DNA from: Felis catus
Lineage: Eukaryota
Assembly (NCBI RefSeq): GCF_018350175.1
Contig: NC_058368.1
Span: 992,001 to 1,056,000 of the forward strand
DNA length: 64,000 nucleotides
Direction: 5' to 3'
Shown: in pieces, positions 13,004-23,515 of the stretch
How the letters are laid out: each line of letters begins with the position of its first letter
Position numbering within the stretch: position 1 is the stretch's first letter
The notes under the pieces: generated by a model
Database searches by the model: none
Seen by the model: the letters and a program-made list of their open reading frames with translations, nothing else
What the model was told of the DNA's origin: nothing
Position numbers and translations under genes: made by a program

Positions 13004-14131
13004 ATACCCAACATCTGAAAATATCACCCACTCATCAAAATCATCAATGAATCATTCATCAATCTCCCAGCTCCATCCAACATTTCAGCATGATGAAATT
13101 TCAGCTCCTTATTAGGAGTCTGCCTGATCCTACAGTTTCTGACAGGTCTATTCCTAGGCATGCATTATATACATCAGACACAGCAACCGCCTTCTCATCG
13201 GTAACCCACATTTGCCGCGATGTAAACTACGGCTGAATCATTTGATATATACATGCCAACGGGGCTTCTATATTTTTCATCTGCTTATTTATGCATGTAG
13301 GCCGAGGCATATACTATGGCTCCTATACCTTCTCAGAAATATGAAACATCGGAATCGTACTGTTATTTACAGTCATGGCTCCAGCCTTCACAGGTTAGGT
13401 TCTACCATGAGGCCAAATATCCTTCTGAGGAGCTACTGTCATCACCAACCTCCTATCAGAAATCCCCTACATCGGAACTAATTTAGTAGAATAAATCTGA
13501 GGAGGATTCTCAGTAGACAGAGCCACCCTGACACGATTCTTTGCCTTTCGCTTTATTCTCCCATTCATTATTTCAGCCCTAGCAGCAGTCCACCTTCTAT
13601 TCCTACACCAAACAGGATCTAACAACCCCTCAGGAATAGTATCTGACTTGGATAAAATCCCATTCCACTCATACTACACAATCAAAGACATCCTGGGTCT
13701 TTTATTCCTACTCCTAACCCTACTTGTCCTATTTTTCACCTCATCTAGGAGACCCAGACAACTACACCTCCGCCAACCTCCTAAACATCCACCACACATT
13801 AAGCCTGAATGATGGTTCCTATTCGCGTATGCAATCCTACGATCCATCCGTAATAAACTAGGAGGAGTCTTAGCCCTAATCCTCTCTATCCTAATTCTAG
13901 CAATCATTTCCTCACTTCACACTTCAAAATGAGAAATGATATTCCGACCACTTAGCCAATGCCTATTCTGATTCTTAGTAGTGGACCTACTAACCGTAAC
14001 ATGAATTGGAGGACAGCCAGCAGAATATCCTTTCATTACCATTGGTCAATTAGCCTCCATCCTATACTTGTCAACTCCTAATCTTCATACCTATTTCTGG
14101 CATTATCGAAAATCATCTTTTAAAATGAAGA
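13004..14131 (+). pseudogene. MT-CYB: NUMT cytochrome b
   Basis: [36 protein letters not shown] and IKPEW motifs. Start ATG changed to ATA, TAG at 13396, TAA at 13492, several indels, terminal AGA at 14129-14131. Confidence 0.98.
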
Positions 14132-14202
14132 GTCTTTGCAGTATATAAAATACCTTGGGTGTTGTAAACCAAAAAAGAAGAATATCTGCCCTTCCCAAAA
14201 CT
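14132..14202 (+). tRNA. MT-TT: NUMT mt-tRNA-Thr pseudogene
   Basis: gtctttgcagtatat...ttgtaaacc immediately after CYTB. Confidence 0.9.
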
Positions 14203-14268
14203 TCAAGGAAGAAACAGCAGCCCCACCATCAGCACCCAAAGCTGAAATTCTTTTTAAACTATTCCTTG
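14203..14268 (-). tRNA. MT-TP: NUMT mt-tRNA-Pro pseudogene
   Basis: ccaccatcagcacccaaagctgaaattct...aaactattccttg. Confidence 0.93.
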
Positions 14269-15323
14269 CAATACCAGAAATCGACACGATAACTTTCATA
14301 ATTCACGTATTGCATACTCTCGTACTGTGCTTGCCCAGTATGGCCTCATTTCCCGGTGAGGACGCAGACCTGAGCATGTACAATATATCTATTCATATTA
14401 CATAAAACACACTATGTATAATTGGGCATTAACTGATTTCGTGGACGATTAATTCCTCTATGGACCTCAACTGTCCATAAGAGCTTCATCACCTAGCCTC
14501 GAGAAACCAGCTATCCTTGCTTGAATGCATACCTCTTCTCCTCCGGGCCCATTTCAACGTGGGGGTTTCTGTATTGGAACTATACCGGCCATCTGGTTCT
14601 GACCTCAGGGCCATCCAATTATTTACTCCAATCCTACAGTTATCTCAAACAGGACATCTCGATGGACTAATGACTAATCAGCCCATGATCACACATAACT
14701 GTGGTGTCACGCGTTTGGTATTTTTTAAATTTAGGCCGGGGGGGGGGGGGGGGGGGGTACTTGCTATGATTCAGCTACGACCGTAAAGGTCTCAAGGCAG
14801 TCAAATAACTTGCAGCTGGGCTTATTCACTATGCTACGTCTCCACATTCACACAAACAAGGTGTAATTCAGTCAATGGTCACAGGACATACACTTTAACG
14901 CTTCAACCGGACATACGTCCACGTACACACACACGCACACATACACGCACGCACACACGTACGTACACGTACACGCACGCACACATACACGTACGTACAC
15001 GTACACACGTTTTTATCCGACCGATAATTAGCTTAACCAAACTCCCCTTATCCCCCGAAACCTTATGATGAGAATATGTATTCATTATTGTCCTGCCAAA
15101 CAACAAAAACAAGACTAAATTCGCATCCAAACATAAGGCTCAAGTACAAATCTTTATGAACACTCCAAAAATCCCAATTAAACATCAGGCGCAAATACCA
15201 GTGTGACACCTTGATTCACAGCTATCTATAGATACACAACCTTGAGCTCCAATTCGTCCCTATTGAGCAATATTCTCTCACAACTAATCCCATAAATCAA
15301 TCGACCAGCCCAGCATATTCCCT
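14269..15323 (+). other. NUMT mitochondrial control region (D-loop) with short left domain and RS3-type repeat
   Basis: Central conserved domain (cctcgagaaaccagc, ccgggcccat, catctggttc, gactaatgactaatcagcccatgatcacacataactgtgg), CSB1-like attcagtcaatggtcacaggacata, and (ac/gt) RS3 array at ~14911-15010. Confidence 0.95.
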
Positions 15324-15397
15324 GTTAACGTAGCTTAAATACACAAAGCAAGGCACTGAAAATGCCTAGCTCATCTAGGCATCAGACTCCATAAACA
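15324..15397 (+). tRNA. MT-TF: NUMT mt-tRNA-Phe pseudogene (internally rearranged)
   Basis: gttaacgtagcttaa...aaagcaaggcactgaaaatgcctag...gactccataaaca. Confidence 0.93.
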
Positions 15398-16322
15398 GAA
15401 AGGTTTGGTCCTAGCCTTTCCATTAAGTAAATAGGATTGCATGTGCAAACCTCTGCACCCCGGTGAAAACGCCCTCTAAACCGTTAATGATCTAAAAGAG
15501 CGGGTATCGAGCACACAACAATAGAGCTCGTGGCGCCTTGCTTAGCCACATCCCCACGAGATACAGCAGCGATAAAAAGTAGGCCGTGAATGAAAGCTCA
15601 ATTAAGCCATATTAAATGAGGATTGGTAAATTTTGGACCAGCCACCGCGGTCACACAGTTAAGCCGAACTGATAGACCCATGGCATAAAGCGTGTTATAG
15701 AGGACCCCCACGCTAACGTTAAACTTTAACTAGTCTGTAAAAAGCTACAGTTAACATAAAAATATAGCACGAAAGTAACTTTAACACCTCCGACCACACG
15801 ATAGCGAAGACCCAAACTGGGATTAGATACCCCACTATGCTTAGCCCTAAAGTCAGCTAATTAAACAAATCTATCCGCCAGAGAACTATTAGCAACAGCT
15901 TAAAATAAAAAGGACTTGATGATGCTTTATATCCCTCTAGAAGAGCCTGTTCTATTATCGATAAACCCCGATCTACCTCACCATCCCTTGCTGATCCAGT
16001 CTATGTAGCGCGATCTTCAGCAAACCCTAAAAAGGAAGCAAAGTAAGCACACGTATCTTAACACAAAAAAGTTAGGTCAAGGTGTAACCTATGAGGTGGG
16101 AAGTAATGTGCTACATTTTCTGTACTAGAACACTTTCCACGAAGCCCTTAGGAAATTAAGAACCAAAGGAGGATTTAGTAGTGAATTGAGACTAGAGAGC
16201 CTCACACTGCCCGTGCCCTCCTCAAGTGACAAAACCCAAAGACCATCTATTCAAACTATAAAAACACAAGAGGAGACAAATGGTAACAAGGTAAGCATAC
16301 TGGAAAGTGTGCTTGGATAAAG
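15398..16322 (+). rRNA. MT-RNR1: NUMT 12S rRNA pseudogene
   Basis: aaaggtttggtcctagcct, ccagccaccgcggtca, aaactgggattagataccccactatgcttagccctaaa and gtaacaaggtaagcatactggaaagtgtgcttgga; short deletion near 16200. Confidence 0.97.
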
Positions 16323-16390
16323 CAAGATGTAGCTTAAACAAAGAATCTGGCCTACACCCGGAAGATTTCACATCAAACTGACCATCTTGA
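16323..16390 (+). tRNA. MT-TV: NUMT mt-tRNA-Val pseudogene
   Basis: caagatgtagcttaaacaaag...cctacacccggaagatttca...catcttga. Confidence 0.92.
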
Positions 16391-17943
16391 GCCAAAACTA
16401 GCCCAAACAACCATATGTTCAACTAACATAAAATAACAAATCAAAACATTTAGGTAATTCTTAAAAGTATCGGAGATAGAAATTTAACTTGGCGCTATAG
16501 AGAGAGCACCATAAGGGAAAGATGAAAGAAAAATTAAAAGCACCATACAGCAAAGATTACCCCTGATACCTTTTGCATAATGAATTAGCCAACCTAACAA
16601 AGAGAACTTAAGCTAAGCCCCCTGAAACCGGACGAGCTACCTATGAACAATCTTTACAGGATGAACTCATCTATGTTGCAAAACAGTGAGAAGATCTGTA
16701 GGGAGAGGTGAGAAGCCTAACGAGCCTGGTAATAGCTGGTTACCCAGAACAGAATTTTAGTTCAACTTTAAACCTACCTAAAAAACCCCAAAATTCTAAT
16801 GTAAGTTTAAAATATAATCTAAAAAGGTACAGCTTTTTAGAATGAGGATACAACCTTCTTTAGAGAGTAAGCATAAACATAACCATAGTTGGCTTAAAAG
16901 CAGCCATCAGTTAAGAAAGCATTCAAGCTCAACAATTAAAACATCTTAATGTCAAAAATATGCAACCAACTCCTAACTTAATACTGGTTAATCTATTTAA
17001 CAATAGAAGCACTAATGCTCGTATGAGCAACAAGAAATATTTCTCCTTGCATAAGCTCATATCAGAGCAGATAACACTGATAATTAACAAGATAAAAATA
17101 ATCTAACTATAAACTAAATATCAAACCAATTGTTGACCTGACACAGGCATGCAACTAAGGAAAGATTAAAGGAAGTGAAAGGAACTTGGCAAATGCAAAC
17201 CCCGCCTGTTTACCAAAAACATCACCTCTAGCATTTCTAGTATGAGAGGCCCTGCCCGCCCAAGGACGTTCATTAATCGGCCGTGGTATCCTGACCGTGC
17301 AAAGGTAGCATAATCACTTGTTCCCTAAACAGGGACTAGTATGAATGGCCACATGAGGGTTTTACTATCTCTTACTTCTAATCCTTGAAACTGATCTTCC
17401 TGTGAAGAGGGGGGAGTAGGACAAGAAGACCCTAAGAGGCTTTAATTCACTGGCCCAAAGAGACTACACCAATACAACCAATAGGGACAACAAATCTCCC
17501 CATGGGCCAACAATTTAGGTTGGGGTGACCACGGAGAATAAAATAACCTCCGAGGGATTTAGATCTAGACTAACCAGTCAAAAGTATAACATCATTTATT
17601 GATCCAAAATACTTGATCAATGGCACAAGTTACCCTGGGCATAACAGCACAATCCAATTTTAGGGTCCATATCGCCAGGAGGGTTTATGACCTCGATGTT
17701 GGATCAAGACATCCCAATAGTACAGCAGCTATCAAAGGTTTGTTTGTTCAACGATTAAAGTCCTACATGATCTGATTTCAGACAGGAGCAATCCAGGTCG
17801 GTTTCTACTTATCAAACAATTTCTCCCAGTATGAAAGGACAAGAGAAATGAGGCCTACTTTACCAAAGCACCTTCAACCCAATAGATGATTTAATCTCAA
17901 TCTAAACAGTTCACCCATCTACATTGCCTGAGAGTTTGCGTTC
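16391..17943 (+). rRNA. MT-RNR2: NUMT 16S rRNA pseudogene
   Basis: cgcctgtttaccaaaaacatcacctctagc, gaccgtgcaaaggtagcataatcacttgttc and gacctcgatgttggatca motifs. Confidence 0.97.
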
Positions 17944-18018
17944 ATTCGGGTGGCAGAGCCCCATAATTGCATAAAACTTAAACCTTTATAATCAGAGGTT
18001 CAACTCCTCTCCCTAACA
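17944..18018 (+). tRNA. MT-TL1: NUMT mt-tRNA-Leu(UUR) pseudogene
   Basis: gggtggcagagccc...aattgcataaaacttaaacc...cagaggttcaactcctctccctaaca. Confidence 0.92.
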
Positions 18019-18020
18019 AA

Positions 18021-18980
18021 ATGTTTATAATCACCAATCTTTCATTAATTATTCCTATCCTCCTCACCATAGCTTTCCTAACATTAGTCGAACCTAAGCT
18101 ATCAGGATATATACAACTTCGCAAAGGACCAAACATTGTAGGGCCATATGGGCCATGTGGTCTACTCTAACCTATTGCAGACACCGTAAAACTCTTCACC
18201 AAAGAACCCCTCTGACCCTTCACATCCTCTATATCCATATTCATTAGAGCACCTATCTTAGCTTTCTCATTAGTCCTAACCATATGAATTCCTCTACCCA
18301 TACCATATCCACTCATCAACATAAACCTAGGAGTACTGTTTACACTAGCTATGTCAAGCCTTGCTGTCTACTCAACCCTCTGATCAGGATGAGCCTCAAA
18401 TTCAAAATATGCTTTCATTGGAGCCCTATGAGCTGTAGCCCTAACAATCTCATACAAAGTTACATTAGCCATTATTCTCCCATCAGTATTGCTAATAAAT
18501 GGGGTCTTCACATTAGCCACACTAGTTACCACCCAAGAACACATATGACTAATCCTCCCACATGACCCTTGGCCATAATATGATTCATCTCAACATTAGC
18601 AGAAACCAATTAAGCCCCATTTGATCTAACAGAGGGAGGATCAGAACTCATTTCCGGATTCAACGTTGAATATGCAGCAGGCCCCTTCGCCCTCTTTTTC
18701 CTAGTGGAATATGCTAATATCATCATAATAAATATTCTCACAACAATCTTATTCTTCAGAGCATTTCACAACCCATACATACCAGAACTAGATACCATGA
18801 ACTTTACCGTCAAAACCCTATTCCTAACATTCTCCTTCCTATGAATTCGAGCATCCTACCCACGATTCTGATATGACCCACTCATACATCTTCTATGAAA
18901 AAATTTCCTACCCCTCACCCCTATGCACATGACATGTATCTTTGCCCATCATCACAGCAAGTATTCCACCCCAAACATAA
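18021..18980 (+). pseudogene. MT-ND1: NUMT ND1
   Basis: ATG at 18021; [26 protein letters not shown] and APFDLTEG motifs; TAA at 18168 and 18611; 9-bp tandem duplication at 18141-18158. Confidence 0.97.
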
Positions 18981-19052
18981 GAATGAAATATGTCTGATAA
19001 AAGAGTTACTTTGATAGAGTAAATAATAGAGGTTTAAATCCTCTTATTTTTA
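18980..19052 (+). tRNA. MT-TI: NUMT mt-tRNA-Ile pseudogene (3' end duplicated as SINE TSD)
   Basis: gaaatatgtctgataaaagagttactttgatagagtaaataatagaggtttaaatcctcttattt. Confidence 0.93.
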
Positions 19053-19273
19053 GGGCGCCTGGGTGGTGCAGTCGGTTAAGCGTCCGACTTCAGCCAGGTC
19101 ACGATCTCGCAGTGCGTGAGTTTGAGCCCCGCGTCGGGCTCTGGGCTGATGGCTCAGAGACTGGAGCCTGTTTCCGATTCTGTGTCTCCCTCTCTCTCTG
19201 CCCCTCCCCCGTTCATGCTCTGTCTCTCTCTGTCCCAAAAATAAATAAGCGTTGAAAAAAAAATTCAAAAAAA
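19053..19273 (+). mobile_element. Young cat-type CAN-SINE inserted in the NUMT
   Basis: Near-consensus CpG-rich SINE; 17-bp TSD aaatcctcttattt(t/c)ta at 19036-19052 and 19274-19290. Confidence 0.97.
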
Positions 19274-19288
19274 AAATCCTCTTATTTC

Positions 19289-19358
19289 TAGAATTAATGG
19301 GACTCAAACCTAATCCCAAGAATTCAAAAATCTTGCTACCTTATTACACCATATTCTA
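19289..19358 (-). tRNA. MT-TQ: NUMT mt-tRNA-Gln pseudogene
   Basis: tagaat...aacctaatcccaagaattcaaaaatctt...ttacaccatattcta between Ile and Met. Confidence 0.88.
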
Positions 19359-19359
19359 C

Positions 19360-19398
19360 AGTAAGATCAGCTAAATAAGCTATTGGGGTATGGGCCCA
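19360..19398 (+). tRNA. MT-TM: NUMT mt-tRNA-Met 5' half (truncated, anticodon loop inverted)
   Basis: agtaagatcagctaaataagctattggg followed by gtatgggccc. Confidence 0.85.
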
Positions 19399-19984
19399 GT
19401 TGGAAGCTGCTGGTCACCATTCACTACAGGACCTAGGCCCTCTAGCAGTTGCAAGCACTGTAAGAGCTTGATTCTGGAGAAACTACCTATGTTGCAGGAA
19501 GCGGGCACTGGAGTTGTATGTACCTAGGAGCCTGGTGAGCAAACAACTGGACCACATACAAAACCTTCTCTTCCTGCAATTAACTCCTGAAGCACCTCTA
19601 CAGACCCATCTTAACATTAAGCCAGCTGGAGAAGGAAAAACAAGGGACCCGATCCATTTCACAGAGTAGGCCAAAGGGTAGATTTGAAGCTAAGAAGGAA
19701 TAAATTGGTAACTAACATAGGTGATGTCAGCTTACGTCATCCATTATAAAAATCCACATTTACCTAGTGGCTTTATCATCTGCTGAGGCCAAATCGCCTA
19801 GGTCCTTTATTTCAGAAGGAGTTGCCTTAACTTTAACTCCTCTCGATCTAAACATGATCCTTATTATTGTTTTATTTATATAGTACATAGTTATTATATT
19901 TTCTGACATATATACCCATATTCTTTGTTTGCCATTGCTTCCCAAATGACACTCTTTGACTCTTGTTTAGAATTCTGTTTATTG

Positions 19985-22825
19985 GCAGAAAATCAACTAG
20001 GAAACGATGGCTTAGAATTACACACTGGACCAGATGAACTTCACAGATATATTCAGAACATTTCCTCCTAAAGCAGCAGAATACACATTCTTTTCAAGTT
20101 CACATGGAACATTCTCCAGAATAGATCACATACTGGGTCACAAATCAGCCTTCAACAAGTACAAAAAGATTGAGATCATACCATGCATATTTTCAGGACA
20201 CAACAGTATGAAACTTGAAGTCAACCACAAGAAAATATTTGGAAAGACCACAAATACATGGAGTTTAAAGAACATCCTACTAAAAAATGAATGGAGAGGC
20301 GGGGAGTGGGTGTGTGTGTGGGGGAATCCCCGGATGACACAGTTGGTTGAGCATCTGACTTTGACTCAGGTCATGATCTCAAAGTTTGTGAGTTCAAGCC
20401 CCACATTGGGCCCACTGCTGTCAGTGCAGAGCCTGCTTCAGATCCTCTGTCCCTCTCTCTCTGCCCCTCCCCCACTTGTGCTCTCTCAAAAATAAATTAA
20501 AAAAATTTTTTAATGTTTATTTTTGAAGGAGAAAGAGACAGAGTGTGAGTGGGGGAGGGGCAGAGAGAGGCAGACACAGAATGTGAACCAGTCTTCAGGC
20601 TCTGAGCCGTTAGCAAAAGAGTCCGTCATGGGGCTCGAACTCATGAGCTGTGAGATCATGACCTGAGCCGAAGTCAGATACTTAACTGATTGAGCCCCCC
20701 ACCCCTCTCAAAAATAAATGAAAAAAAAAAAAAAAAAGAATGCATTAACCAGGAAATTAAAGAAGAAATGTAAAAGGACAGGGAAGCAAATGAAAACAAG
20801 ACACTCCAACACCTTTGGGATGCAGCAAAGGCAGTCCTCAGAGATAAGTAGATTGCAATATAGGCCTAAATCAAGAAGCAAGAAAAGTCTCAAATACATA
20901 ACCTAACTTTATGCCTAAAGGAGCTAGAAAAGGAACAGCAAATAAAGCCTAAAGCCAGCAGAAGAATGAAAATAGTACTGATTAAAGCAGAAATAAATGA
21001 TGTAGAAACAAAAAAATTGTATAACAGATCAATGAAACTAAGAGCTGGTTCTTTGAAAGAATTAATATAATTGATAATTTCCTAGCCAGACTTACTGAAA
21101 AGAAAAGAAAGGACCCAAATAAATAAAATCACAAATGAAAGAGGAGAGATCACAATCAACACTACACAAATATAAACAATTAGAAGGGAATACTATGAAA
21201 AACTATATGCCAACAAACTGGGCAATCTGGAAGACATGGACAAATACCTAGAAACTCACACACTACCAAAACTGAAACAGGAAGAAATAGAAAATGTGAG
21301 CAGTCCCATAACCAGCAAAGAAATTGAATCGGTAATCAAAACCTCCCAACAAACAAAAGTCCAGGGCCAGATCGATTCCCAGGGGAATTCTACCCGGCAT
21401 TTAAAAAAAATTTTTTTAACGTTTATTTATTTTTGAGACAGAGAGAGACAGAGCATGAACGGGGGAGGGTCAGAGAGAGGGAGACACAGAATCCAAAACA
21501 GGCTCCAGGCTCTGAGCTGTCCGCACAGAGCCCGACGCAGGGCTCAAACTCACGACGCAGGGCTCAAACTCACGAGCCGTGAGATCATGACCTGAGCCGA
21601 AGTCGGCCGCTTAACCGACTGAGCCACCCAGGCGCCCCTACCCGGCATTTAAAGAAGAGTTAATACCTATTCTTCTCAAGCTGTTCCAAAAAATAGAAAT
21701 GGAAGGAAAACCTGCAAACTCTTTCTATGAGGCCAGTGTTACCTTGATTTCGAAACCAGACCAAGGCTCCACCAAAAAGGAGAATTACAAGGCAATATTC
21801 CTGATGAAACTGGATGCAAAATTCTCAACAAGATACTGGCAAATCAAATCTAACAGTATATTAAAAGAATTACTCACCATGATCAAGTGGGATTTATTGC
21901 AGTGGGCTGCAAGGGTGGTTCAATATTCATAAATCAATCAACATGATACCCCAAATTAATAAAAGGATAAGAACCATATGATGCCATCAATAGGTGCAAG
22001 AAAAGCAACTGACAAAAATATAACATCCGTTCTCAATAAATACCGTCAACAAAAGTAGGGAGAGATGGAACATACCTAAACATCATAAAGGCCATATACG
22101 AAAGACCCACAGTTGATATTATCCTCAAGGAAGACAAACCGAGAGCCTTTCCCCTGCAGTCAGGAACAAGACAGGGATGTCCACTCTCACCATTACCATT
22201 TAACACAGTACTGGAAGTCTTAGCCTCAGCAATCAGACAACAAAAAGAAATAAAAGACATCCAAATTGACAAGGAAGAAGTAAAGCATTCACTATTTGCA
22301 GATGACATGATACTCTATGTAGAAAACCCAAAAGGCTCCACCAAAAAACCGCTAGAACTGATATATAAATTCAGCAAAGTCACAGGATATAAAATGAACT
22401 TACAGAAATCTGTTGTATTTCTATATACCAATAATGAAAAAGAAATCAAGGAATCCATCCCATTTGCAATTGTACCCAAAACAATAAGATATTTAGGAAT
22501 AAACCCAACCAAAGAAGAAAAAGTTCTGTACTCTGAAAACTATAGAACACTTCTGAACACTTATGAAAGAAATTGAAAAGGACACAAAGAAATGGAAAAA
22601 CATTCCGTTCTCATGGATTGAGAGAACAAACATTGTTAAATGTCTATTCTACCCAAAGCAGTGTATACATTTAATGCAATCCCTATCAAAATACCAACAG
22701 CCTTTTTCACAGAGCTAGAACAAGCAATCGTAAAATTTGTATAGACCACAAAAGCCCACAAATAGACAAAGCAATCCTGAAAAAGAAAAGCAAAGCTGAA
22801 AGCATCACAATTCCAGACTTCAACA
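19985..22825 (+). mobile_element. Internal LINE-1 ORF2 fragment (EN C-terminus through RT), degenerate, with three SINE insertions
   Basis: TDIFRTFPPKAAEYTFFSSSHGTFSRIDHILGHK, ANSFYEASVTLISKP, gtcaggaacaagacagggatgtccactctcacca and ctatttgcagatgacatgata (LFADDMI) RT motif. Confidence 0.96.
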
Positions 22826-22829
22826 TTTC

Positions 22830-23472
22830 CTTTAGCCATTGTTTCTACATTTTGTTGTATCTAATTTTTAGAGCATATATTCATGAAATACTATATTCTC
22901 TTCCTTATATCCCCAATATATTCTTAGTTCTCCATTGAATTCAATTCTTATTACTCTTTGGGTCAGTTAATGTCATTCCAGCCATTGTGGTTGTCCAAAG
23001 ATCATTCTCTAGTAGATTTGGAAATAAGGGCTCATAGCAACAATATTCCTTGAGTTTTTTCCACAAGTTGTTGACAATTACTCTACATCCTTTAGATCTG
23101 AAAATTAAATTTGCTGGCTATAAGATTCCTAGCTGACATTCTTTTCTGTGACTCTCTTAAATCTATTTGTTGTCTATTGGCATAAAGCATTGCTATCAAG
23201 AACAGTGACAATAAATTTTTTTTAATATATTTTTTTGACAGAACATAAGTGGGAGAGGGGCAGAAAGGGGGGACAGAAGATCCACAGCGGGCTTTGCACT
23301 AAGGGACTGACAGCAGTGAGCCTGATGTGGGGCTTGAACTCACAAACCGCGAGATCATGACCTAAGCTGTAGTCAGACTCTCAACTGACTGAGCCACACA
23401 GGTACTCCAATACATTTTATTTTATCACTTGTACTTTGAATCTCCAAAGAATATTTTCTTTTTCTATTTCTT

Positions 23473-23515
<43 letters not shown>

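Larger units (their letters stand above)
11716..19398 (+). pseudogene. NUMT: ~7.7 kb nuclear copy of felid mtDNA (ND5 3' to tRNA-Met)
   Basis: Vertebrate mitochondrial gene order ND5-ND6-E-CYTB-T-P-CR-F-12S-V-16S-L-ND1-I-Q-M. Stops and indels in all CDS, a nuclear SINE inside, and nuclear repeats on both flanks. Confidence 0.99.

Noticed and set aside
14911..15010. CRISPR-like or novel short-repeat array
   Set aside because: It is the carnivore mitochondrial RS3 repeat; no spacers and eukaryotic context
11716..19398. Genuine mtDNA or functional mitochondrial genes
   Set aside because: Stops, frameshifts, CpG decay and an internal SINE with TSD show a dead nuclear copy
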